From Candidatus Latescibacterota bacterium (lineage in GTDB: Bacteria > Latescibacterota > UBA2968 > GCA-2709665): 64,000 bases of DNA. The first letter of the stretch is position 1, and each line of letters begins with the position of its first letter. Below, in pieces: positions 9,439 to 18,441 of the stretch. The stretch is taken from NCBI GenBank assembly GCA_965208835.1, contig OZ242358.1, positions 4,832,001 through 4,896,000 of the forward strand. The letters are read 5' to 3'. Both the position numbers and the translations under genes were made by a program. Below the pieces are notes generated by a model. It searched no databases. It was given only the letters and a program-made list of their open reading frames with translations, and had not been told where the DNA came from.

Positions 9439-10476
9439 CTACGCCTGCCCGCGGTCCAGGGTTTGACGGAAGAGCCGAAGGAAGTTCCCTCCCCATACCT
9501 TTCGGATTTCTTCCTCGGCGAGGCCGCGAGCGAGCATGGCGCGGGTGAGGCGCACAAGCTTCGAGACATCCCCGAAAACAGGCGTCTTTGAACCCATGCC
9601 GTCGTAATCGGAACCGACGCCGACATGGTCGATGCCGACCAGGTCCGCCACGTGGCAGATATGGTCGACCATCCGGTCCACGGAAGGATTCTCCGGATCG
9701 ATAAACCCCGGGAGAAACGCGATGCCCATCACCCCGCCGACCCCGGCCAGCGCCCTGAGCTGATCGTCGGTCAGGCAGCGCCAGTGGTTGCAGACGGAGA
9801 AGGCCGCGGTGTGGGTCATCGTCACCGGGAGCGAAGACCGCTCCAGCACCTGGTAGAAAGCCTTGTCGTTTATATGGGCCAGGTCCGTGATGATGCCCAG
9901 CCGGTTGCTCTCCTCGAGTACGGACCTCCCGAAGTCCGTCAACCCGACGGCATTTCTGCGTTCGCGGTCGCGGTCTACAGGCGTGCACGGCCCGAAAGAA
10001 CTCCTGCTGCCCTGCAGCAGCGACGGGTCGTCGCCACCTTCGCCGTGGGTGATTCCGATACACCGAACTCCCAGACGGTAGTAGAGACGCAGTGTATCCA
10101 TTTCGCCTTCCAGCCAGCGTCCGGCGCCTTCGATAGTGAGCAGGATCCCGATTTTTCCGGATGTTCTTGCCCGTTCAACATCCCGTGACGAGAACACCAG
10201 CATCAGGTCGTCGGGATAAAGCTCCACCGACGCCAGGGTCTGCTCCAGGGTAACCCTGACGTTCGCCGTGGGCCCGTTACCGACCACGAAGAAGCCGGCG
10301 TCGAACCCGCCTTCCCGCATCCGCGGAATGTCCATGTGATACGCGAGGTCCCGTCTTTTCAGGTCCATGGGACGATCGCCCCGGTGTACGTGCTCCACCG
10401 GCGTGTCGTTGTGGCCGTCGACGATAAGGCAGCGGTCGTGTACCGCCTGCGCTTCTTCAAGGGTGATTTCCGGCAT
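9439..10476 (-). CDS. membrane dipeptidase (peptidase M19) family
   Basis: VDGHND, IEG, DLAH, TH..R, HVGVGSDYDG, GGNFLR. Confidence 0.92.
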   Translation of the reverse strand: MPEITLEEAQAVHDRCLIVDGHNDTPVEHVHRGDRPMDLKRRDLAYHMDIPRMREGGFDAGFFVVGNGPTANVRVTLEQTLASVELYPDDLMLVFSSRDVERARTSGKIGILLTIEGAGRWLEGEMDTLRLYYRLGVRCIGITHGEGGDDPSLLQGSRSSFGPCTPVDRDRERRNAVGLTDFGRSVLEESNRLGIITDLAHINDKAFYQVLERSSLPVTMTHTAAFSVCNHWRCLTDDQLRALAGVGGVMGIAFLPGFIDPENPSVDRMVDHICHVADLVGIDHVGVGSDYDGMGSKTPVFGDVSKLVRLTRAMLARGLAEEEIRKVWGGNFLRLFRQTLDRGQA

Positions 10477-10537
10477 GTGGTTTATCCTGGGCTGAGTGGT
10501 GGCTTCGCAGAACGGATGGATGGGTCTTGCACGTGCG

Positions 10538-11860
10538 CTACGGCGGATCGACGGGTACTTTCTGTCTCTTGCTGACCAGCGGATCGTATGTAAATCCGTC
10601 GGCGCGTTTTTCGAACTCCGCGCGCGCTTTTTTCAATTTCTCCGGGTCCCGGCACAGGTCGACAGCGCTCCCTGCGAAGACTTTGGCTGTCTGACGGACC
10701 GCGCGCTCGGCAAAGGGCAGGGCGGCCTGCGCAGCCATGTCCCGGTGGTGGCCTGGGGTTCCCTTCGCATAACAGACCATCTCGAAGCGTCCCAGAGGGG
10801 CCAGCCAGGATACGTTATCCTCGTCCGTAGATCCCCTGCCCTGCGAGCCGCTGCCCTTGGCGATCTTCGTGTTGAATCCCTTCTTGTAGCCGAGGGCTTC
10901 GGCGTGCTTCACGTCGGCTTCCGTCGGCTTGGGAGGCCCGAAAAGCTTGAGGTTCTTGCGGACGATCTCACACATCGCCTTGTTCGGCAGACGCGGGTAC
11001 ACGGCGGTGATTCGCGACCATTTCATCTTCGTATCCGTCGCCCTGGCGGCGCCCCGGGCGCAGGCGGTGAGGCGTTCACGCACTTCGTCGACCTGCGCGC
11101 GGTCCTTGCCTCGAACGAAGTACCAGATCTTGGCATAGGCCGGCACCACGTTGGGTGCGTCGCCTCCATCGCGGATCACGGAGTGGATCCTGACGTTTTC
11201 GGGGACATGCTCCCGGAGATAGTTGGCGGCGATATCCGTGAGCATCACCCCGTCCAGCGCGCTGCGGCCCCGGTGGGCCGACGCGCCGTGGGCGGTACGG
11301 CCGAAGAACTCATAGACGAGGGAGTCCAGCGACGACCCGCCGAAGTTGTTGACGCCCGAAGCATCGTCCGGATGCCACGCAAGGCAGACGTCCAGGTCCC
11401 GGATGGCGCCGTCGCGGGCCATGTACACTTTGCCTCCCAGGGTTTCCTCCGCCGGACAGCCATAATAGACGATCTTGCCCGGTGTTCCGGTTGATTCGAG
11501 GACTTTCGCAGCGGCGACCGCACCCACGGCCGGGGCAACGCCCAAGAGGTTGTGACCTCAGCCGTGACCCCATTGACCTTCTTCGGGGCCGCAGTTGGGC
11601 AGCGCGTCGTACTCCCCCAGCAGTCCGACCGCCGGTTCTCCGGTTCCCCTGGTAGCGCGAAATGCTGTGGGAATTTTCTTGAAAGGGAATTCGACCTCGA
11701 AGCCCCGTGAGGTCAGGTATTCCCCGATAGCCCGGGAGGACTTGACCTCGCGGAAGGGCCGCTCCGCCCAGCCGTGCACCTTCCTCGAAAGTACCCTTGC
11801 CCGTTTCGACTCGGCGGCGACGGCGCGGTTAACGAGACGCTTCTTTTCTTTTCCGGTCAT
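10538..11860 (-). CDS. M20 amidohydrolase (AbgB-like) with in-frame TGA at the metal-binding Cys; candidate selenoprotein
   Basis: Two track ORFs share one frame and are separated by a single TGA (11558-11560): GEYDALP..GHG*GHNLLG. Also GCPAEE, WHP, TAHG, GRSALD, PNVVP and GSTD motifs. Confidence 0.85.
11513..11542 (-). promoter_or_regulatory. candidate bacterial SECIS hairpin
   Basis: mRNA +16..+45 after UGA, GGCGUUGCCCC-GGCCGU-GGGUGCGGUCGCC, folds into a stem with two bulged U and an apical loop starting with G. Confidence 0.5.
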
Positions 11861-11967
11861 GTGAAATCTCTCTTGTGAACACCCGGATTCGCGAACGATC
11901 GGGTTGACGAAATCTCTCGTCGAGCGTACCGGCTCGAACACTTTCCCGGGTAATCAATCGATGGTTT

Positions 11968-13056
11968 CTACGGATGAACGATGGCATCCACGACCGCGTC
12001 GCCCACCCCGGTTGTCCCGGCGGCGCCTCCGAGATCGGCCGGGTGGTTCTTCGGATTCTCCAGCGCCCGATCGACGGCGCGGTCGATTGTGTCAGAGGCG
12101 GCGATGGCCTCCTGATCCTCATGGCGGGCGCCCAGCCAGGACAGCATCATCCCGGCGGAGAGGATCTGGGCCATGGGGTTGGCGATACCGTTCCCGGCGA
12201 TATCCGGCGCGGTGCCGTGGGATGGCTGGAAGACGCCGTAACGGTCGCCGACGTCGGCCGAGGGCGCCATCCCCATGCCGCCGATGGTTGCGGCGGCCAG
12301 GTCCGAGATGATGTCGCCGAACATATTCTCGGCGACGACGACGTCGTACCAGGAGGGGTTGCGCAACTGGTACACGGTAAACGCGTCCACATAGGCATAA
12401 TCCCGTTCGACGTCGGGATAGGATTCCGCGACCTCGTCGTAGATCTGTCTGAAAAACGCCATGCTCTTCAGAATGTTGGCCTTGTCGACGGAGGTGACGC
12501 GGCTCCTGCCGTCGGCGGGCGCCCCCTTCCGCTGCTTTGCGATTTCAAAGGCGTATCTGACGATCCGCTCGGTACCGGCGCGGGTGATGACCATGTTATC
12601 CACGGCAAGGCTGTCTCCAAGCCGGACCCCGGCGCCGCGGGAGGCGTAGAGGCCCTCGGTATTCTCACGCAGGATAACGTAGTCGAGCGGCGGATTCCCG
12701 TCCAGAAGCGGCGGCACGCCATGATATTTCTTGATTGGCCTGATCCCGGCGTAGAGGTCCAGTTCAAAGCGCAGCGTCAGTTGCGGCGCGATTTCAGTAC
12801 CGTCGGGGAAGCGGATGTCCGGGTCGCCGGCGGAACCAAAAAACACGGCGTCGGCCGCCTTGCAGGCGTCGAGCGTGGCTTTCGGGAGATCTTCTCCGGT
12901 TTCCGCGTAACACCCGGCGCCGACCGGATGCTCGGAGAAGGTGAAACGAAGATCGGGATGCGGCTCCTCGAGCGCCAGAAGCACTTTGAGCGCTTCCGCG
13001 ACGACTTCCGGGCCGACGCCGTCTCCTGGGAGTACGGCGATGTTGTACGTGGGCAT
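11968..13056 (-). CDS. isocitrate/isopropylmalate/tartrate dehydrogenase family protein
   Basis: IAVLPGDGVGPEV, RENTEGLY, DKANI, NMFGDIISD, HGTAPDIAG..ANP. Confidence 0.9.
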   Translation of the reverse strand: MPTYNIAVLPGDGVGPEVVAEALKVLLALEEPHPDLRFTFSEHPVGAGCYAETGEDLPKATLDACKAADAVFFGSAGDPDIRFPDGTEIAPQLTLRFELDLYAGIRPIKKYHGVPPLLDGNPPLDYVILRENTEGLYASRGAGVRLGDSLAVDNMVITRAGTERIVRYAFEIAKQRKGAPADGRSRVTSVDKANILKSMAFFRQIYDEVAESYPDVERDYAYVDAFTVYQLRNPSWYDVVVAENMFGDIISDLAAATIGGMGMAPSADVGDRYGVFQPSHGTAPDIAGNGIANPMAQILSAGMMLSWLGARHEDQEAIAASDTIDRAVDRALENPKNHPADLGGAAGTTGVGDAVVDAIVHP

Positions 13057-13080
13057 GCACGTCCTTTCTGGATTTGTGGA

Positions 13081-14235
13081 TCAGCGGGATCGCTGGCGAT
13101 CATCGATGCTGACACGGAATCCGCCCTCCGACTTCACGCCCCGTTCCAGCGCGTCCGGTTCGACGTCGAATCCCGCGCCGGGCGTATCGGGCACGATCAG
13201 CCTGCCGTTGCGCATCTGCCATCCGTCCAGGGCGATGCCCGGCAAGTCCGCCGGGGCCGCTTCCAGGAGGCTGTAGTTGGAAATGGAAGCGGCGAAGTGG
13301 GCGTGGGCGTATCGTTCGACGACACTTCCCCAGCAATGAGGGGCGCACTTCGCACCCCAGGGCCCGATTCGGTCCGCGGCGGCTTTCCACCACGTCAGCC
13401 CCTTGTAACGAAAATCGTGCTGCACGATGTCGATCCATCCACTTTCGACCATATCGAAGAAATCGGGCGGAGGCGGCCCGGACTCCCCGTCCGCCACGAG
13501 CGTATTGTAACCCTTCCGGTCAATCGCTTCCTTGAACGCCTCGTTGAACGCCCGGTCTTCCGGGAAGGGCTCTTCGAACCAATAGACTCCGGCGTCCCGG
13601 CAGCGTTCGAGGATGTCCAGCGCGATATTGAGCGTGGTTCCGTTGTTGGCGTCTATAAGGATTTTCGCATCCGGTCCCGCGGCCTCCCGGACCGCGTGGA
13701 TCACCAGCACGTCCCGGTCCGTTCCTTCCCGGACGGGCATCCACCGCGCGCCGCGCCCGATCTTGATTTTGAAATTTCGGTAGCCGTAATCGTGCCCGGT
13801 TCGGACTTCCTCTCGGAAGATCCGCCGCGCCTGGTCGTCGGTGGCTCCCAGATCGTCGATGTAGACGGAGCCGTCGTAGAGTTCGACTTCCCGGGAACCG
13901 CGCGCGCCCAGCAGTCGATAGAGGGGCACGCCTTCACATCTGGCGGCCAGATCCCACAGGGGAAGGTCTATGGCCGCGCCATCGCCGGTTGACCCGACCG
14001 GAAATTGAAAAAGCTCCGGGGGGCGCATTCCGAGAAGTGCTTCGGCGCGCGCCCTGTCAAGGGTAGACCAGCCGATGCCCACGCCGCCGCCAGCGGTGCC
14101 GATGCGCACGACCGGATCGGTGACCGCCGGACCGTGTACGCCGATACGCGCGTTGGATCCGATGTTGCGCGGGCGCGTGCCGTGCAGGACCGCCTTTTCG
14201 ATTATGACGATGGGATCGGAGAATGAGCCGCACAT
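13081..14235 (-). CDS. mandelate racemase/muconate lactonizing enzyme (enolase superfamily)
   Basis: DLPLWDL, FKIKIG, IDAN, WFEEP, ADGE, PGAG. Confidence 0.88.
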   Translation of the reverse strand: MCGSFSDPIVIIEKAVLHGTRPRNIGSNARIGVHGPAVTDPVVRIGTAGGGVGIGWSTLDRARAEALLGMRPPELFQFPVGSTGDGAAIDLPLWDLAARCEGVPLYRLLGARGSREVELYDGSVYIDDLGATDDQARRIFREEVRTGHDYGYRNFKIKIGRGARWMPVREGTDRDVLVIHAVREAAGPDAKILIDANNGTTLNIALDILERCRDAGVYWFEEPFPEDRAFNEAFKEAIDRKGYNTLVADGESGPPPPDFFDMVESGWIDIVQHDFRYKGLTWWKAAADRIGPWGAKCAPHCWGSVVERYAHAHFAASISNYSLLEAAPADLPGIALDGWQMRNGRLIVPDTPGAGFDVEPDALERGVKSEGGFRVSIDDRQRSR

Positions 14236-14357
14236 AAGGGGTTCCTGTGCCCGTAACAGAACAGAACGATCCGGTAAAGTACGCCAAAAACCGGCGGTTG
14301 GAAATCAAAAAAGCCGGTGTCGAAAGGCCCCGTCTGTCGCACACGGGAATTAGGTCT

Positions 14358-14386
14358 TGACGGGCGCTACAAGATGTAGTACTTTT
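14358..14386 (+). promoter_or_regulatory. putative sigma70 promoter upstream of smc
   Basis: TTGACG-17 nt-TACTTT. Confidence 0.35.
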
Positions 14387-14621
14387 CGGACACCGCAGCG
14401 GATTATTCCCCAATCTGTTGCGTATTCCTCACCTCCCCTTCATTCCCCTTTCATTCCCATACTCGCTATTTCAGGCCAATAGCGAGCGTCCGGCGCAGTC
14501 CGGGTCATCATACGGCGGATCGGCGCGGCCTCGTTTCCTCCTTGCCGTCGCGCAGCATCTGACTCGTCCCGTTCGTATGTACCTACAGGCCGGATGCGTG
14601 TGTCTTTCAGGAGGCAGAACT

Positions 14622-17600
14622 TTGTACCTTTCCCGACTGACGGCATTGGGTTTCAAATCCTTCGTACAACAACTGGATCTCTCGCTGCAGAAGGGCATTA
14701 CGTGCGTTGTGGGTCCCAACGGCTGCGGCAAATCCAACGTGGTGGACGCCCTTCGCTGGGCGCTGGGCGAGCAGCGGGTCAGGTCGCTGCGCAGCAACAA
14801 TATGGAGGATGTGATCTTTTCAGGGACGCGGAACCGGAAACCGCTGGGCATGGCCGAGGTGTCCATCACCGTCGACAATGCGGAACGAATTCTGCCGGTT
14901 GACTACACCGAAGTGACCGTGACCCGCCGGCTGTTCCGGTCCGGAGACAGCGACTATCTGCTCAACAAGGTCCCCTGCAGGTTGAAGGATATTCAGAATC
15001 TCCTGATGGATACTGGGCTGGGCGCACACGCCTATTCCGTAATCGAGCAGGGGATGATGGACGAGATCATCAGCGACAAACCCGAAGAGAGGCGGCGGCT
15101 GTTCGAAGAGGCGGCGGGCGTAACGCGGTACAAAGTACAGCGCCGGGCGGCGTGGAACCGTCTGGAGTCCGTCAGGCAGGACCTGCAGACAGTGGATGCC
15201 GTGATGGCGGAAGTCGAGCGTCAGGTGAAGTCACTCGCCCGGCAGGAGCGGAAAGCCCGCCTCTACGGGCAGCTATCGGACCAGATGAAGGACCTCGAAG
15301 TCCGGCTGGGAAGATACCGGTTCTTTCGGATGTCCGAAAGGTCCCGCCCGATCGCGGATGAGACGGCATCCCTGAAAGAGGACGTCGAGGTGGCCGCGGG
15401 GGACATCGTCCGACTGGAAGCCCGACTCGAGGAAGTCAGGTCTGAACTGACCAGACGTGATCAGGCGCTCAGAGAAGCGAACGCGGAAGTGAGCAGGCAG
15501 AGTCAACTCGTGCACAGGAAAGACACGCATATCCAGGTGGCGCAGGAGAGAATCCGATCCATTGACGCCTTCCTGAAGCAGGCGGACCGGCGACAGGTAG
15601 ACATGGCGGACCGGCGGGATACGGCACGGAAGGAAGCAGCGGAGGCGCGGCGGCTGGGGGTGGAGGCCCGCGAGACATTGCAGCACGCGGAAGGCGCATT
15701 GGAGGCGGAGCGCGACGAACTGGAAGCCAGGAACCGGGCGCTTGACGCGCGGAGAACGCGCGCGGACGAACAAAATACCCAGCTGATAAGCGCCATGGAT
15801 GAACTCAGTGAAGGAAGCGTCCGGCTGGAACGCGGACGGGAAAGACTGGAGGGAATTGAGCAACGTCAGGCCCGCCTTCAAGCCGACGCGAGGCAGTCGG
15901 CGCTACGCAAAGAGGAGGCGGACGCCACAAGCCTGGAGGCGGAACGGCAGATCGATCGCCTGGAACGCGACGTGGCCGACAAAGTCCGTCTCAGGAAAGC
16001 TGACGCCGCGGAGTACGGACGGCTACGCGAACAACTGGAGAGAATGACGGAAGAGCGCAACCGGCTGCTGGCCAGCAGGGAGGCCGACGATGCGAGGATT
16101 GGACTGCTGAAAAAGCTTCGCGAGGGATTCGAGGGGTATTCAAGCGGCGTCCGCGCGCTGGTTGTGGAATCTCCATTTGTCGATCGCGTGCGCGGCGTGG
16201 TTGCGGACCGGATTGAAGTGGACGGGCGATACGCGACAGCCATCGAAGCTGCCCTGGGGCGTGCGCTGGAATGTCTGCTGGTGGACGAAGCGGCAGATGC
16301 ATTGAAAGCCATCGACTATTTGCAGGCGGGCGACCTCGGTTCGGCGGCATTTCTGCCCCTGGACTCCCTTTCGAACGGTAACGGCGCGCCCTGGACCGCG
16401 CCGGATGCGGAAGGCGTGGTGGGCAGAGCGTCTGACCTCCTGAAGGGCGAGGACTCTCCGGTACACGCGCTGCTTCACCGGACACTCGTGGTGAGAGAAA
16501 CCGAAAACGCGCTTGCGCTGTTGGAAGAGATGAGGTCTCTCGGCGTCGACCTGGTTACCGAGAGCGGCGAGTTATTCTCGGCTGACGGTACGATATACGG
16601 GGGTAAGACAACTGAGAATGGAACGGGCCTGATCGGGCGCAGGCAGGAAATCGAAACGCTGGAAGCAAACCTGAGCGCCGCAGGCGCGGATCTGCAGTCG
16701 CTGGATACGAGACTCGAGGAGACCTCTACGTCGCTGGCCGAAATTCAGACCCGAATAGAAGAAACAGACGGGATTCTGGCGGACCTGAACACCCGCCTGG
16801 CCGCACTCCGCAGGGACCTGCAGATCGCGCAGGAGGAAGAACAGCGACAGTTGCGCGTGGAGGTGGACTTGCGGAATGAAATCGCTGCGGTGATGTCCGA
16901 CGAAACCGGGCTGAGAGAAGCAATCGCTTCCGAGGCAGCGGAATTGAACGTGCTCGAGAAACGCCGGGAGCAGCTGGAAGCGGCGACACGTGACGCGGAC
17001 GCGGCGCTGCGGGAGCAGGAACATCAGCAGCGGGCCGGACAGGATGCGTTCTCTAGCCGGCAGGTGGAAATTGCTTCGTTGACAGCCAGAGTGGACCGTC
17101 ACGAACACGAAGGACAAAGGTGGACGCGGGACCTGACGGATACCGACAGAGAGATGAAACGACTGGCCGCCGACTGCGAGGAACGGCGTAAGGAAAGACT
17201 CGGACTGGAGAATGCCGCGCAGGTTTCCGGGAAGGAACTGCAGACCCTGCATCGTACACAGGACGAACTGGAAGCAAAGCGGGACAAGCAGGCGGAGCGC
17301 CAACAGGCGTTGTTGACGGATGCCCGGCAACTGGAAGAAGAAGTGAGGGACAAGAACCGTCGCGCGAATCAGAACCGGGACCGGCTGGGTGAACTGCAGG
17401 CAGAGATGGCGGAACTGAAAACCGGAGCCGAGGCATTGCGGGCGCGAATCCTGGATGAGTACGAAGTGGACGTCAGAGAAGCGGGCGCATTGGACGATCC
17501 GGAATTCAACGAAGACACAACGGAATTGCAAAAAGACGAGCTTCGCGATCGCATCCGGCGGATGGGTCCGGTAAATCCGGGCGCCGTGGAAGAATACGAG

Positions 17601-18218
17601 GAACAGAAGAAACACCACGAGTTTATGTCAAAACACAGGAGCGATCTGCTCGAGGCGGCCGAAACCCTCCAGAGGACCATATCCCGGATCGACCGGACGG
17701 CCCGCGGACGATTCATGGCCACGTTCGATCAGATCAAGGAGAACTTCCGGAATACTTTCGAGGCGTTTTTCGACGGAGGCCAGGCGGACCTCCTGATGCC
17801 CCCGGACGAGGATCCGCTGGAAGCGCCGCTGGAGATCATCGCCCGCCCGAGAGGCAAGCGGCTCCAGCACATCAATCTCCTTTCAGGGGGAGAGCGTGCG
17901 CTCACCGCGATAGCACTCTTGTTCGCGATCTACCTGGTCAAACCCAGTCCGTTCTGTATCCTCGACGAGGTCGACGCCCCTCTGGACGACGCCAACGTCA
18001 CCCGCTTCGTGCGGGTGCTCAAGCGGTTCGCGGCCGACACCCAGTTCATCGTGGTAACTCACAACAAGGTTACGATGGACGCGGCGGACTGCCTGCACGG
18101 GATCACAATGGAAGAACCGGGGGTGTCCAGGCTGGTATCGGTCAGGCTAGACCACGAAACCCACGGCGGCAACGGGCAGGCGGAAGCGGTGGCGGAGTCC
18201 ACGGCCGCGGACGATTGA
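14622..18218 (+). CDS. smc: chromosome segregation protein SMC
   Basis: TTG start after AGGAGG; GFKSF, Walker A GPNGCGKS, long coiled coils, hinge GX6GX3GG, LSGGE, ILDEVDAPLD, VVTHN. Confidence 0.97.
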   Translation: MYLSRLTALGFKSFVQQLDLSLQKGITCVVGPNGCGKSNVVDALRWALGEQRVRSLRSNNMEDVIFSGTRNRKPLGMAEVSITVDNAERILPVDYTEVTVTRRLFRSGDSDYLLNKVPCRLKDIQNLLMDTGLGAHAYSVIEQGMMDEIISDKPEERRRLFEEAAGVTRYKVQRRAAWNRLESVRQDLQTVDAVMAEVERQVKSLARQERKARLYGQLSDQMKDLEVRLGRYRFFRMSERSRPIADETASLKEDVEVAAGDIVRLEARLEEVRSELTRRDQALREANAEVSRQSQLVHRKDTHIQVAQERIRSIDAFLKQADRRQVDMADRRDTARKEAAEARRLGVEARETLQHAEGALEAERDELEARNRALDARRTRADEQNTQLISAMDELSEGSVRLERGRERLEGIEQRQARLQADARQSALRKEEADATSLEAERQIDRLERDVADKVRLRKADAAEYGRLREQLERMTEERNRLLASREADDARIGLLKKLREGFEGYSSGVRALVVESPFVDRVRGVVADRIEVDGRYATAIEAALGRALECLLVDEAADALKAIDYLQAGDLGSAAFLPLDSLSNGNGAPWTAPDAEGVVGRASDLLKGEDSPVHALLHRTLVVRETENALALLEEMRSLGVDLVTESGELFSADGTIYGGKTTENGTGLIGRRQEIETLEANLSAAGADLQSLDTRLEETSTSLAEIQTRIEETDGILADLNTRLAALRRDLQIAQEEEQRQLRVEVDLRNEIAAVMSDETGLREAIASEAAELNVLEKRREQLEAATRDADAALREQEHQQRAGQDAFSSRQVEIASLTARVDRHEHEGQRWTRDLTDTDREMKRLAADCEERRKERLGLENAAQVSGKELQTLHRTQDELEAKRDKQAERQQALLTDARQLEEEVRDKNRRANQNRDRLGELQAEMAELKTGAEALRARILDEYEVDVREAGALDDPEFNEDTTELQKDELRDRIRRMGPVNPGAVEEYEEQKKHHEFMSKHRSDLLEAAETLQRTISRIDRTARGRFMATFDQIKENFRNTFEAFFDGGQADLLMPPDEDPLEAPLEIIARPRGKRLQHINLLSGGERALTAIALLFAIYLVKPSPFCILDEVDAPLDDANVTRFVRVLKRFAADTQFIVVTHNKVTMDAADCLHGITMEEPGVSRLVSVRLDHETHGGNGQAEAVAESTAADD

Positions 18219-18331
18219 CCAGGATTCGTATGTCTTCGGGGACGTAAATCCAAATATAGGCAAGTAGATTAAGGCGATTAGACTGCGGATTGCCAGGATA
18301 CACCAAGTTGCTGGACGTGAACGGAAAAACG

Positions 18332-18366
18332 AAAGGATCGGCTGCTCACAAGCTGCCGATCCTTTT
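18332..18366. terminator. probable bidirectional intrinsic terminator
   Basis: AAAGGATCGGC..GCCGATCCTTTT between convergent smc and TlpA genes. Confidence 0.7.
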
Positions 18367-18441
18367 CTATTTGCGCGAAGCCAGGTCGATACCGTACTCC
18401 CACGCGAGCCTGACGTCAGGGTTGACGTATACGGGATGTGT

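Noticed and set aside
11558-11560. Genome-wide UGA reassignment (genetic code 4 or 25)
   Set aside because: Many genes here (smc, modB, modC, pepA, pyrE, thiolase) end in TGA at the expected positions
11974-13992. 672-aa + strand ORF and similar long ORFs (54246..56255, 5923..7659, 52585..54144, 62723..63982, 2157..3359)
   Set aside because: Antisense or off-frame shadows of well-supported genes in GC-rich DNA; no recognisable motifs
14418-14621. N-terminal extension of SMC in the ORF track
   Set aside because: The canonical start is TTG 14622 (MYLSRL) with an AGGAGG RBS
14622-18218. SMC as part of a Wadjet/MksBEF-type defence system
   Set aside because: It is a canonical housekeeping SMC with a standard hinge, and no jet or mks partner genes are adjacent
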